Positions 13,261 to 27,000 of a stretch of DNA of 64,000 bases are shown here, in pieces. Source of the DNA: Eledone cirrhosa (Eukaryota); the NCBI GenBank assembly GCA_964016885.1, contig OZ024740.1:282100001-282164000 (forward strand), written 5' to 3'. The position numbers and the translations under genes were made by a program. Below the pieces are notes generated by a model. It was given only the letters and a program-made list of their open reading frames with translations. It was not told the origin of the DNA and did not search any database. Every line of letters starts with the position of its first letter. Within the stretch, counting starts at the first letter, position 1.

Positions 13261-13893
13261 ATACAGGTGCATGCTCACGGGCCATTATTACATCCTTACG
13301 GGGTCGATAAAATAAAGTACCAGTAATGCACTGGGTTATTGCTGGCCTTGTGCCAAAAGTAGAAACAATTATTACAACATACACCCACTTTTTAGCAAAT
13401 GTACTTTTCGTTTCCATTGATTCAGTGGTGGTGGTGGTGGTGCTGCTGCTACTTGTGATGTTGGTCACGCCTACCCTCGTTGTAGTGGGGGCGGTGGCAT
13501 TCACCGCGTGGTAAACATTGACAGAGCTGTAAATTCCGCTTTGTTTTCACAAGATAAGTTTTGGTTACTGTTGTTCTTGCTGCTGTTGTCATTGTTTTCA
13601 GAATTTTGGATGTTCCGCTCTATGGCCATCCCGCCATTCAGTTTAGCAGACGCAACATGATTGTCCTCCATCTGAATTTTCGCCGAAAATTGAGAGGCGT
13701 GTTGGAAAAACAAACACAAATTTAGCCCCTAAAGGCCTCAAGTAGAGCTAAAAAAAAACATGTCACAAAGATCCTAGCTCACTTAGCTTCAAAACAATGT
13801 TAAAATTATAATGTAAAAGGTTGAATAACAGGAAAAATAGAACAAACTTACACAAGTGATGTAAACCAAAATCTTGAAAGACTGAACAACAAA

Positions 13894-13896
<3 letters not shown>

Positions 13897-13940
<44 letters not shown>

Positions 13941-13964
13941 TGATAATAATAATAATAATAATAA
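13897..13964. repeat. (TAA)n microsatellite
   Basis: Seen directly. Confidence 0.95.
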
Positions 13965-15239
13965 GTTTTGATTTTTCACATATTTAAATCAATTGTGAAA
14001 TAACAATTCTTAGTACAAATGATACATAAAGCATCCGGCTTAAGCCCCCAAAAAATTCGGATCGATATTATATTGTTATATCGCTCAAATATTCAATTTT
14101 GTATTATACATTTTATATTAAAAAAAGAAAATGGTTATAAATGGAAGAAAACCCCCTCTGTCTACACTATATAGAACAGCCAAACAACAACAATTTCACC
14201 AACACCAGAAACTAGATACACCACCTACCCCATCACCCCTCTGTGTACACTAAACACAACAGCCAGATAACGGCAATTTCACCACCACCACCACCAATCT
14301 CAGCATAATAATAATTGCTATTATTAAACAAAATGTTTAATTCCAATATTAAGAAAAATATGTCAACACATATACGCGACTAACCCCATAGATTCACCGA
14401 TCAAACAAAATACAGTCTATTAAACAAAACTCAGTAACGACAACGCCATCACTACATTCACCGCCGCCGCCGCCCATCCATCATTACTACCACTATCCCA
14501 TCACCGCCGCCACCACTCCTTCATTGCTACCACCGCTATCCCCCCATTACCTTCTGTTAACTTACGAAAGGGGAAGATGGCGGTATCACTAGACAATATT
14601 AATAAACAAGATTAATATTTAATTTTGGATCAGGAATGTTAGAGTCGAAAAGGAGGAAAATGACAAAATGACTAAATAACTAAAGATAATTTCACCACCA
14701 ACACCACCACCACTACAACGATCAAAACTTTGGTCAAGTCGACTCAAACGCTATTTCTACTCCAACTTCAACACCATCACTACAGTACTACGATCAAATC
14801 ACCACCACCACTGCCTCATTATCGCTACCGCCGCTATTCTCTCCCATTACCTCCTGCTAGTTGCTGCTAGCACAGCACCGCCACCACCACCGCCACCGCT
14901 GCCTCATTATCACTACCGCCGTTATTATCTCCCGCTACCCCCTGCTACATTGTAGAATCCCCCTAAAAGAGGAAGGCATCAAAATATATAAATAGACTGA
15001 ATTGATGACCCGGTCAAAATCAGAAAAACAAAAATCAAAATCAAAGCAGCACAGCAACAACCAAAAACGTAAAGAAAATAAAAATGAAAAGAAAAACAAA
15101 CATACGGACAGAGAAGGGAAGGGAAAAACTAAGTCAGACATTCAAACACTACATTACAATGAAACTTATGCTTATTCATTTTTGTGGGGGGGGGGGGGGT
15201 TTGCCTGTTTATTTGTTTGTTTATTTATGTTCGTCTACA

Positions 15240-17335
15240 GCGTGATAATGCCACACAAAAATCACGTGGAGTGACAAAACCACCGGAGGCGATGAATTTT
15301 CCGGTGGTTATGTAACCATACATTCGCCAATCCTCGATAAGAGTGTTTAAATGTCGAACCTAAACAGTTCGAATAACGGTGAAATGGAGACTAGAATGTC
15401 ATGTGAGACTCTCACCCAACAGGTGCTCCCTGGCTCAGCAGTAGGGACCTGGGTGTGAACCAAATACTGCTGGTGTCGGAGGAAGAAGAATAAGGAAAGG
15501 AACCAGAACCAACTGGACGAAAGAATTGAATAGAACTGTTATGCAATGTTACCTGAAGAGTAACCCCCAAGGAGAAAGGCTATAGGAAACGGATGCATAA
15601 CATCTGGAACGAGATTGGTCTATTTAAATTAGATGAACAAAAATTGGCCGGGAAGGCTCGGGTAATAAGAACTAATGGGTGGATAAGCAAGCTGGAACTG
15701 GAGGAACTGAGCAGAGAGATTAGGTTGGAAATGGAGAGTGGAGTATGCCAGGCAAACGAGCCAGTGGGAAATGAAGGTGAAGAGGTTGAGAGAACGGAGG
15801 AACCATCCGAAGCAGACAATGATCTGAATGCTGAAATAAATAATACCTGGAACAAAGATACGGCCATTGAGGAGATTAATGCTGACGGGTTAGAACAAGA
15901 TTTGGTTGATATCCTAAACTTAGTGGTAGATGAATTGAACAATGATAGCGGGAAACCTATGAACCTAAGATTTGTAGACAGGAAAAAGTTAAAAGAAACA
16001 ACAGCTAAGGTAAACAAAGTCATCCCATACCTTGAGGCGAGGAGCCTTCACCAGTGCAACAATATCCTCAAAGCAACAGCAAATGCGGTGAGGAAATTAC
16101 TTGGCATAAAAGCGAGAGGAAACAACAAACAAGAAAGATCAGAACTTTGGTGGAAGAAACGACTGAATGGTCAAATCAGGGAAATGAGAAATGACATTGG
16201 AAAGCTTGAGTTCCTACTGAATGGGACACTAAAAAACATAGACACTAAAAATAGACTGGAAATAAAGTACAAAACTAGGAGGAAAAAGCTAAATATTATC
16301 ATAGAGGAACTGAAGCAACGCATTGTAGCAAAGAGTGCAAAAATTAGGCGATACGAGAGCAGAGTCAGTCAGTATAGACAGAACCGCATGTTTGACAATA
16401 ACCAGAAGATGCTGTTTGGACAGCTTGAAGGGAAAGAAAGAGGCAACGACTTGATCCCTGAGGCGGAACAAACTAAGACATTCTGGAGAGGAATATGGGA
16501 GCAGGATGTTAAACATAATGACCAGGCAGTGTGGATTGAGACAGTACAAAAGAAGATTAGTGAACAGGCACACCAACAAACTGATTTGAGTATCACAGTT
16601 GAAACTCTTAAGGAGCAGGCCAAAAAACTAACAAACTGGAAATCACCAGGCCCAGATGGTGTGCAAGGGTATTGGATTAAAAATATAACATCCCTCCACC
16701 CGAAACTGACAACCATGTTCAATGACTGCTTGATGTCAGGTGAGGTACCAGATTGGTTGACAAAAGGTACCACAGTTCTGGTAATGAAAGACCGAATCAA
16801 GGGTAATGATGTAACCAACTATAGACCTATCACATGTTTGTCTGTAATGTGGAAACTGTTGATAAGCATTATGTCCGAAGAAATCTACCATCACCTCCAC
16901 ACAAACAACTTGTTACCGGAGGAACAGAAAGGATGCCGAAAGAAGTCACGTGGTACAAAGGACCAGTTACTTATTGATAAGATGGTAATGAGGAATTGCA
17001 AGAGGAGACACACTGGTCTTGCCATGGGATGGATAGACTACAAAAAGGCATTTGATCTGGTCCCTCATTCTTGGATCAGCAAAAGCCTAGAGATCTTCAA
17101 AGTGGCAGATAACATCGGACAGTTGTTGAGCAAAAGTATGAAGTCCTGGAAAACAGAGTTAACATCAGCTGGAGAATCCTTGGGAGGCGTGAAGATCAAG
17201 AGAGGTATCTTTCAGGGAGATAGTCTGTCCCCTCTGTTGTTTGTCCTTGCCATGATGCCCTTGACCATTATACTGCGAAAAGTGAGAGCAGGATACAAGT
17301 TGGGAAAAGGAGAGCTTACCATCAACCACCTCCTC
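15240..17335 (+). mobile_element. Dong/R4-clade non-LTR retrotransposon, 5' part with long open RT frame, 3'-truncated before YMDD
   Basis: ORF 15593..17410: KSPGPDG, NYRPITCL, EQKGCRK, WIDYKKAFD, GIFQGDSLSP, INHL, then unrelated sequence; a Myb-like WTKELN..VMQCY segment lies upstream across a frameshift. Confidence 0.92.
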
Positions 17336-18735
17336 CGAAGTGGAAACATAATGGACGAATACCAAAGAAGCCTACAAAAAATAAATTTTGTACACGGATC
17401 GTCCTTATAACATAATTTTCTACATTAAAATAACGGACCACATGTGTAAATAAAGAAACTGAATATCAGCCGCACCACTACTCAGAATGTTAAATCAAAA
17501 CAACAACAAAAAAAAAAAAAACGATATATGTATGTAACAAACTCTATTGATTATATTACACATACATGACACAACGAAAAATGTACACAAAACAAACATG
17601 CAGATATACAGACGTTCGCTCTTTGAACTTAAAGAAAAAACTATGTGAAGAAGAGAAACAGTCGTAGATCGGACGACACGTTGCTTATTTCGACGAGTAA
17701 GTTTTGTTTAATTTGGTATTCCCTAACACAAAAATTCGACAAATTATTTCACAACTTATCTCTACAAATAATCTGACACTAGTTGTGAGAACTGCATAAA
17801 CATTTTTATATATTTACCCATTACAATCGCTGTTTACATATTATTATTTGAAAATAAAGTACCAGTAATACACTGGTTAATTGCTGGCCTTGTGCCAAAA
17901 GTAGAAACAATTATTTGAAGAAAAGATACAGACATAAACACACTGTTTATTTCGGGGGATAAGTTCTGTTTAATCAAAAATCCGACTAATTATTATGCAA
18001 TCATCTCTGTGGCTGAAGATGTGAAAGGTGCATATATTTTTTTTAATATTTCCCCAATACAATTTTCTCTTTTTACATTTTGGTCGATTGTGGCTAAATT
18101 TCAGATTTTGAAAGGAAAATGGACAGTTGAAAGATCACTTCTCTCTCCCACCACCACATTCACAACCATTCCTTACACATTCACACCAGTAAATCACCAA
18201 TCTATTTTTAGACTACTGTCCCTTCTCAGTGTCTAATGTGTGTATATACATACGTGTGTATAAGTATGCACGTGTGACAGTATATTTCTGTATGTGTATG
18301 GAGCCCACATAAAGGACAAAACAAAGGGTAAGAAAAAAAGAATACTAACATCCCCCCATTTACACCTCAAACTCAAAATAGACAGAAAATAACACCGGAG
18401 AAGCAACTCCTATAAGCTACAATGTTACCCTACCCACTACCACTCCCAGCACCCCCACCCCAGCATTAATCTCTCTGCCACCACCACCAACACCACTCAC
18501 ACCACAAGAACAGTTGAGAAAATTCTCGTACTCCTCTTACAGCTGCAACCATAACAATATCACCTCAATGAACAACAGCAATGACCATAACTATACTGTT
18601 ATAATAGTAATAATGATCTCAGTGCCAGCCAGCAAATGTACTACCCAAAGAGCCAGGCAACTTTCCATGTACGTCCAATACCATGTGTAACGCAAGCATG
18701 TACTGCGAGATGAACAAATAAAAATTAATACATAA

Positions 18736-21700
18736 TACCGAGTCGCTTTTCCTATGGTTAATCAGGAAGCGCGTCCCTCAGGAAGGTGCCAACCTGAGAT
18801 CGAAAAGTCCTCCTCTGGCACAAACTCTTCTCCAATTATGGACCTGGATGGTCACTTGATCGGGGATTGCCCAAATCGAGCCCTCCAGATCCACCACCCA
18901 AACCACCTCAAAAAGAAAAACCTAAAAGGATGAAATGGACCCGAGAAGAGTATAAAGAAGTAATATATGCATATTACTATGCATTAGGTAAGCCATCACA
19001 AGACAGACACACTTTAAACTCCTACAAAATCTGGAAAACTCGGAATCAAGCTAGCAGACGTGATATGGATGGAAATAAGTTGGCAAATATAAGGAGGTAT
19101 ATCTTCAGAAATAATAGACTCACAGACACTGAAATAACTGCGATCAAGCAGGCTGTGGAGAATGACAAATATAAATGATGAAAGAACTGAAGAATCTCCT
19201 GTAGATAGTAACCAGTCACAAGTCTTTAATGAAAGACCAAATCACAAATAGGTTTGTAGAAATGAGACCCCCTATTGAACCCGCTGAAAATAGCCAGAAG
19301 AGGGACTTAGAAACAGTAACTAAAAACCAAACATCTGCTGAAGAACACAGGGAGACTATGAAGGAATTAAAGCAAAAAATACTGAATGAGCTTGAAGTAG
19401 TAAGACATTCTAGTATAAATGATAGAGAACCACTTCAAAAACTCCCAAATGCAAAACAAATAATGATTGGTAATTCTGTGACAAAAGAAATCATAGAAGA
19501 ACTAGAACCTGATCTTACTGAGCTAAATGAAATCATTTATGCATCTGCTAGAGTAATTGAAACAAGTTGTTTACCACGAAAAAAAAAAGGTCGAACCTTC
19601 GAGGTAAACCAATTTGGAGGAGTACAACCGAAAAGGATATTGACGTAATGAGAGGAGAAATATCTTTATTGAGTGAGTTAACCACTGGAAATGATATAAG
19701 ATCCAAGAAGGTAAGAAAGCTAAAGAGAAAATATGGACTGTCTTCTAGAGAAGCAATAGTTTAAACAAAAGAATCTCTGAAACAAAATGTTCAAGTAAAA
19801 ACCCAACGAATTCGTAGATTCGAGAAACGAAACAACTTCTACAGGCAAAATAAGTTGTTCTCATCCAATGCCATGTCATTTTATAGAGAAGTAGGGAAGA
19901 AAAAATAATTATTGAAGAAGTTGAAAACTTCTGGGGTAAGATTTAGAGTGATGAGAAGACATATAATTGTTTCTACTTTTGGCACAAGGCCAGCAATTAT
20001 CCCAGTGCATTACTGGTACTTTATTTTATCAACCCCGTAAGGATGAAAGGCAAAGTTAACCTCGGCGGGATTTGAAATCAGAATAGCAAGGGCCGTAACT
20101 CTATGCGTCAAGGCATGGTGTCCGACCCTCTACCAATACTGCCAATCCACCACATATAATGCTAATGTAGATTGGATTAGTCGCCTGGAAAAATCCTACA
20201 CACATTTAGAAGAACAGGCATGGGAAGACATCTCTATAGCGGACCTAAGGACAGCACTCAATAAATCTCATGAATGGAAATCTCCTGGTAGAGACAGGGT
20301 GCCAAATTTCTGGCTTTCCTCACTCCTGTGCACTCACAATATATTGGTCAAGCTGTTTAATGGAATTATGAAAGATACAAAAAATACACTTGATTGGAAA
20401 GCAAGTGGCATTACCTACCTTCTACCAAAGAACAACGAAACCAAAGATCCAAAAAACTATCGCCCCATAACCTGCTTGTCCACCACTTATAAACTATTAA
20501 CCTCTATTCTCATGGAAAAAGCATACGAGTTTTTGGAGGAGAACAATCTTTTCCCCATTGAACAAAAAGGGTGTCGACGAGGTTCATATGGTTGCAAAGA
20601 TCAACTTTTGATTAATCGTATGATCCTTGAGAACTATCATAATAAACACAGAAATCTCAGTTCTGCATGGATCGATTATAAAAAAGCCTTTGATAGCATA
20701 CCACACTCATGGATTCTGAAATCACTGGACATCTTCAAAATCCCACATGTGATCTCAAACTTCTTGAAACAAAATATGTCATTATGGAACACAAATCTCC
20801 AATTGTCTCATTCCACTGGGGTACTGTGCTCTAGGAATATAAACATCAACTGTGGTATATTCCAGGGTGACTCACTTTCACCCTTCCTTTTCTGCATAGC
20901 TTTAATACCCCTTACATCCGAGCTTAATAGAGCAGGGTACGGTTATAGAATTGACAACAAAAAATAAGCCACCTATTTTATATGGATGATTTGAAGCTAT
21001 ATTGCAAAGATAATGACGAACTGGAAGGCCTTTTGCGGACAGTAAACACGTTTAGCGATGACATCAGGATGGAGTTTGGACTTGATAAGTGTGCAAATGC
21101 CACTTTTAAGAAGGGGAAGCTTGTCAACTCAGACTCAGTTGAATTGGATGCTGAAACAATCATAAAGGAACTTGAGCAGGAACAAACCTATAAATACTTA
21201 GGGATTAATGAGGGCTCTGGCATACAGCATGCAAGTATGAAAGAGAGGATAAGGAAAGAATGGTACAGGAGAGTACGTGCAGTTCTGAGATCAGAACTAA
21301 ACGCTCGTAACAAGGTGCTAGCCATAAATTCCTTGGCAGTCACAGTTGTCACTTATAGCTTCGGTGTGTTGAACTGGAATATGAGTGAAATCAAAAGAAT
21401 CGACACCAAAGTCCGTAAGCTACTGACCTGTAATAGGATGCACCACCCAAAAGCAGATGTGGATCGTCTTTACCTTCCTAGAACTCAAGGAGGCCGTGGC
21501 CTGATCCAATTTGAACTTGCTTACAAGACCCCCATCATTGAACTGGCCAAATAACTTGAAACAACTAACGACTGTATGCTGAAACTTGTTGAAAAGCATG
21601 AGAGAAGTAAGAAGCTTCATTCTATCTTGAAGGAGAGCAAAAAATATGCTACTGATCTCCTGCTTGATACCCAGGCTGGACAGACTAAAGAAACTGTTGC

Positions 21701-22772
21701 AACTGATGCTGCTAGGCACATAAAATCACTGGCAAAAGCAAAAGGGCAAGGACAATTACCATCAAATTGGGAGCAGAAACCTCTGCATGGCAAATATGTG
21801 GCCCGTAGCAAACAAGCTGATGTTGACCAAAAGCACACCCATCAGTGGCTACGTAGCTCAGGGCTAAAGGTGGAGAGTGAAGGCTTCATCTTAGCTGCCC
21901 AAGATCAAAGCTTATTGACTCGTAATTACCAGACCAATGTGATGAGAAACGGAATAAACCCAAAGTGCCGATTCTGCAATGCTGAGGTTGAAACAGTGGA
22001 TCACTTAGTCGCTGGATGTAAAGTTTTAGCACCAGTAGAATACAAATATAGACATGACAGAGTTGGCCAATATCTACACTGGGTAATATGTCGGCATTAC
22101 AAAATCAAAGCTGAAGACAAGTGGCACAATCATCACCCTGAGGCTGTGACTGAAGGAGAAAAAGTAACAATTTTCTGGGAGTTTCCTCTACATACTGACA
22201 GGACCATAAAAGCAAATAGACCTGACATCATTGTAGAAGATCAACATAACAATGTCCGTTTATTGATAGATATGAGCATCCCATGTGATCACAATATCGC
22301 GGCAAAAGAATTTGACAAGCTACGAAAATATAAAGATCTGCTTATTGAAATTGAGAAAATATGGCACCTCAAGGCCGTTACAATACCAGTAATTGTGGAA
22401 GGACTGGGTATGATCAAGAAAGGAACAGAACAATATTTGCGAATGATTCCTGGTTTACCCCCTCTTCACGAGGTGCAAAAAATTGTTTTGACTGGTACTG
22501 CACACGTATTGAGAAGAGCACTATCTCTGTAAGATTGATATCCCTCCTTGTATTTACATATGCATATGCACATGTGTATATATGTATACTGTTTTTGTTT
22601 TTTTAATTTTAATTATAATGAATGTGCTGCATTAACTGGCTTACCAATGCACACTGTGAATTTATTTGCCTTAGGTGTCAGGAAGACACTCGGCATATAT
22701 CTCAGAAACAATAATTAAAGAAAATAATAATAATAATAATAATAATAATGATAATAATAATAATAATAATAA
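18736..22772 (+). mobile_element. Near full-length decayed Dong/R4-clade non-LTR retrotransposon with (TAA)n tail
   Basis: Fragment ORFs 18867-22532: KWTREEY, RT motifs including YMDDLK, CRFC..ETVDH...C knuckle, RHD, RPDI..D restriction-like endonuclease; several stops and frameshifts. Confidence 0.95.
19968..20151 (-). mobile_element. tRNA-derived SINE (Meta-domain-like core) inserted in the Dong element, with 9-bp TSD ACATATAAT
   Basis: A/B-box-like head, CTTTGCCTTTCATCCTTACGGGGT.GATAAAATAAAGTACCAG core; TSD at 19959-19967 and 20152-20160. Confidence 0.92.
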
Positions 22773-22940
22773 TGGAACACTTCAAAAGGCATGCTTGCTG
22801 GGAACAGCAAGAACCCTCGGATACGTCCTGAATATCTGAGGCTGCAGGAAGCGGCTTGATATTCATTTCAACAAACTTTCCAGTTAAATAACATCAATGA
22901 CTGAGACTCAAAGAACAATAATAATAATAATAATAATAAA
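22773..22940 (+). mobile_element. Short 3' end of a second Dong/R4 family with (TAA)n tail
   Basis: GTLQKACLLGTARTLGYVLNI* then 3' UTR and (TAA)n. Confidence 0.75.
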
Positions 22941-22944
22941 TTAC

Positions 22945-23087
22945 CTGGTTTTTTCCTATGCCAACATCGACATTATCTATGAAATAATTAAGAAACTCTA
23001 ATTGTTTCTTGAAATCAGGGTACCAAATGCTTGACGAAGAATCAAGTACGAATACAACATCAGCTTCCTCAGTCCAGCAATCTTCGT
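22945..23087 (-). CDS. Gene A exon 3, start of VWA domain 1 (EDCWTEEADVVFVLDSSSSIWYPDFKKQLEF...GKNQ)
   Basis: Manual translation shows the MIDAS DxSxS motif; TTTTTTCAG acceptor, GTAATT donor; 143 nt, phase 1 to 0. Not in the ORF track. Confidence 0.92.
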
Positions 23088-24318
23088 CTGAAAAAAAATT
23101 ATTTTATTTAATATTAATAGGCTAATAAATCGTGAAATATTTTAATTTCGTTTTGACTAGATAAGACTAATTTAAATGAAATGTTTCCTTTCTTACTAAA
23201 AAGTACTGGTTAATTCTCATTTCAGTTCTGAAAGCCTCAAACTGTTAAGTTATAATGAGATCATTCATAGCTTAAAGTGCTCAAGAAACGCCGTATGTCT
23301 CTACGGCGCCCCCTACGACTCCATCAGGAGTTATGGGATAAAGAGAAGAAACTTCTCTACTGTTTACAGGAGTCAAGAAAATGCTTAAATAGCTGTGATT
23401 GAAATGGGTGATAGCGGAATAGTTTGTATGAAATCAGTACAGAATCGGTAATTGTAAACTTCAACTATTTTTTATATTCCTATCGGTAGAATACAAATAA
23501 TTTATCAAATATATCGCACAGCCACGGTAGTTAAAATATCTATCAAATACAGGATTCTACAATAATATTATTGGTTGCTGCACCAAAGCCAACTACATAT
23601 TTAAAACTAAATAATCATGAATTATCGTCTTGAATAAAAAATTTAACAATTTGTTGAACATTTTCTGGGTGTAGAAGGTAAATGTCAAGATTCCAGAGAG
23701 AAATTTATGAATTTATTTGTTTTGCAAGGATTTTGATATGAAATCGTTTTGTTGAAACACACTGAAACGAAAACCAAATCAAACCAAACCAAACCAAACA
23801 GTGAGAGTGTTTTACTATTTTTTGGCAATATCAGGACAACATGACCCACTCCAAATATAATAACTTGGGGATTCCTCTGAAGAAATTCTTCTTTATTATC
23901 ATTTGCACTATTTTAATAAGATCTATTATCATTAATGTGAATTTTATGGCTGTGCAATAAATAGAAAAGTAAACAATAAATTGTGTCACTACTAATTCTT
24001 TTCTTATAATATTTGGTGAAAGTCTGGTATGATGAGTTGGAAATACGGAAAAAATGTTAATACTAATCTAATACAAACAAACTGAGTGTGTAAAGAATAT
24101 ATCTATCTTGTATTTGAAATATATTTTCTGCATCTTCATATCCATCAAGGGATAAAACACCCGACTGCAAATGAATCGAATGTATAAGCATTCAAATGAC
24201 ATAAACAAAAAGTTTTCAACTGTGGAAACTGTTGATTAAAATCACGTTTTAGTGCCTTGCACTAGACATTCCTTTTATTTATGCTAACAATAAGATTGAA
24301 TAACAAAACGTATATTAC

Positions 24319-24349
24319 CAATGAAACAGTGAGCCTGCATACTAATCAT
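24319..24349 (-). CDS. Gene A exon 2 (MISMQAHCFI+1 nt), end of signal peptide
   Basis: TTTTCTTTCAG acceptor, GTAATA donor, 31 nt, phase 0 to 1, compatible with both flanking exons. Confidence 0.75.
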
Positions 24350-24894
24350 CTGAAAGAAAATATAAAGTGATATCAGAAAATCATAGAAAAAAATATTTAC
24401 TAGTCATTTTGAAATATAATTGTTTCTGGCCAAGATAGTGCAGAGAATAGTAAGAGTGACTATACAATTGTATATATAACGTCTCTATGTATTCAACCTA
24501 GACATTTTTAATCATATTTCTCTTCTATAGTCAAACGATTAGGATTTATTAGTGGAGTAGAAAGGGATGATATTGTAAATTTATCTAGTTATTACAGTGT
24601 GGAAGTTGAGGCAATCGGACAGCAAGTGTGGAAGCATTCTCGGCAGATATATTTAAGAAATGATCAGGGTTAAGAAGTATAGGAAAGGAGACTACTTCGA
24701 CGCACGAAATATACGTGTTCTCTGGAAAGAAGAATATCATGCATTCAGAAGGTATGTATCATTTCATCTAGTTATTTGTTATCTTAGTAATTATTTTCTT
24801 CTTTCATTGTTTCGCCAAGAACTCACTAGAAATAATGGAGAGAAGGTTTAGTTTCTTAGATATACAGCAGTATAATAAAACATTACATACCTCT

Positions 24895-25292
24895 TTACTT
24901 AAACGGACTCATTAACTGCTTAATTAACACATCCACAAGGATATGGTCCGAAAGTGGAAGAACCGAAATCCTACTGTCACTGCCTCCATCTCTCTCGCCC
25001 TCTCTCATCACCCCCCCCCCCCCGTATTGTGAGCAAATGGGGCCCGATGCGCTGGCCTCCCTACAGCCCCGGCGGACAGAGTGGAGAAGGCGTTTCCCCG
25101 GAGGATGGTAAGGGAGATGCGCTGGAAGAGCCATTCCAACTCGCCAGGCTCACACCTGCGGCTGGCCAGCTCAGCGCCTATGGTGGTGAGTAGGGAGGTA
25201 GCCCTAGGGCCAAGGACACCAGAAGTCTCCACTGCCAAGGGCACGACCACGAACCTGTCGGAGAGCGACCGGTACTTTTTACAACAAAACAA
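24895..25292 (-). mobile_element. 5'-truncated RLE-type (CRE-like) non-LTR retrotransposon end
   Basis: KKY...FVVVPLAVETSGVLG...LFQRISLTILRGNA is a restriction-like endonuclease C-terminus. Confidence 0.75.
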
Positions 25293-25329
25293 ACAGCACT
25301 ATTTACAAATATTTCAATAACATGCATGA

Positions 25330-26030
25330 TATCACGCCTGAAAATTCCAACCGACTGGTCCTACAACAGCTAGTCGTGATACAACTTCCAATCTAGCTGC
25401 ACATGTCCCTCCAGTTCATGAAGATTATGAACAGGAAAGGTGACATTATGCACCCTTGTCTGAGATCGACTCCAACACTGAATGGTTTCGATTTAGCACC
25501 AGTTGTCCGAGAACAAATACTTGGGCATTCGTATAGAGACATCAGAGAAACAGGAAGCTGTCCATCGATAACATACTCCTATAAAACCTTGAACAGCAGG
25601 TCCCTTGGAACGTGGTTGATACTTTTTCGAGGTTTACGAAGCAAGAATACACCTCTTGGCAGTACTCTCACGATTTGGTATTACTTTACTCATCAGAAAC
25701 TGATCTCCGACAAGCACAAGATGGGTTTGATGCCGAGAGCTGCATGGTCAGAATAAAAGTCAGTGCTGTGAAAACTGAGACTCTTGTCCTCTCAAGAAGA
25801 ATGCGCAGTGCACTCCATATGTGAGTGGAGTTCCACTGAAGAAAGTGGAGGATTTCAAGTATCCCGGGACAGTGTTGACGAGTGATGGAAGTTAGGAGGC
25901 TGAATTAAGTGTTAAAATTGCAGGAACTGGTGCAGTAATGTGCCAGCTTCAGCATTCGTTCATCAGAAGAAGTGGGGTAGGTGTTAAAGCCAAACTCGCT
26001 ATATTCAATTCGATATTCGTGCCCACCCCA
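25330..26030. mobile_element. Degenerate RTE-clade LINE RT fragment with internal inversion at ~25700
   Basis: Minus: VPRDLLFKVL...GVDLRQGCIMSPFLFIIFM; plus: KTETLVLSR...KKVEDFKYPG...KAKLAIFNSIFVPT. Confidence 0.7.
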
Positions 26031-26039
26031 ATAATAATA

Positions 26040-26168
26040 AATGTTTCTACTTTTTGGCACAAGGCCAGCCATTACCCAGTACATTACTGGTACTTTATTT
26101 TATCGACCCCGTAAGGATGAAAGGCAAAGTTAACCTCGGCGGGATTTGAACTCAGAATGGCAAGAGCC
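26040..26168 (-). mobile_element. 5'-truncated SINE copy
   Basis: Near-identical to the 3' two thirds of 54703-54871. Confidence 0.85.
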
Positions 26169-26769
26169 AATAATAATAATAAGAAGAAGACATGCATGAT
26201 ATTGCGAAAAAAATAAAAATAATATTAATAACATTAACAGCAACAACATCAGAAACAAGAAGTGCCAATACTATCTCCTTTTTTAATGTTACAGCTCCGT
26301 TCAGAATATGTTGAAAACATACAGTTCTCATCTAGCAAAATGTTTAAAAGTTCTACAATGCAACTCCAACAACATAAAAAAACACCGTTATGTTGTTAAA
26401 ACAGCTTTATAATTATACACGTTATTTACATAGCTGCAATTCAGGAAACGTTTTAACTGTTTCAACACAGAATGCCTAATATTTAATTTGTCACTCAGAT
26501 CCAATTATGTAAGACATATTAGAATGAAAGCAAAATATGTTTAAAGCGTATCGATATCATACACAAGAGTCATAAACAGATGAGACAAAGCCTTTGGAGA
26601 AATTCAACTTATTAAAATGTAAACAAGCAATATGAAATACATTACAATTACAATACTTTATGCGCTCTCATAAAATATCATCTTTGGGGAGACATCATTG
26701 CATTCAACAAAAGTAATAATATATTGACAATTGATGTAACTGGTCTAAGTTTAGTAAAGTCAAGAGTAC

Positions 26770-27000
26770 TCAAACTATGCGGCCATATAAAAAGAGTAGG
26801 TTATGCCTAGAAGGAAGGTTGGCTGATAAGAGAAGCAGAGGCCGGCAGCCAAAGCGATAGCTTGACAATGTCAATTTATGGACTGGACTTGATCTTTGTT
26901 CTTTGAACTCTGCTGCTGGTGATCGAACTTTGTGGAGAGAGATATCACATGTTAATGCGCAGTCTGCAACTGGCGGAGTTTAGCGTCACAAGAAGAATAA
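26770..27000 (+). mobile_element. RTE-clade LINE 3' end fragment
   Basis: LEGRLADKRSRGRQPKR*LDNV..WTGL...DRTLWR motif. Confidence 0.55.

Noticed and set aside
15593-17410. 605-aa ORF as a domesticated host gene
   Set aside because: It is a retrotransposon ORF with an upstream frameshift, lacks the catalytic YMDD, and its last ~25 residues read into unrelated flank.
19968-20151. tRNA genes
   Set aside because: The A/B-box-like sequence is the head of a multi-copy SINE with core, tail and TSDs.
24885-24900. Strong-looking minus-strand splice donor (AG/GTATGT) as an extra gene A exon
   Set aside because: It lies at the 3' end of the CRE-like fragment with no matching acceptor or open frame, and the gene model is complete without it.
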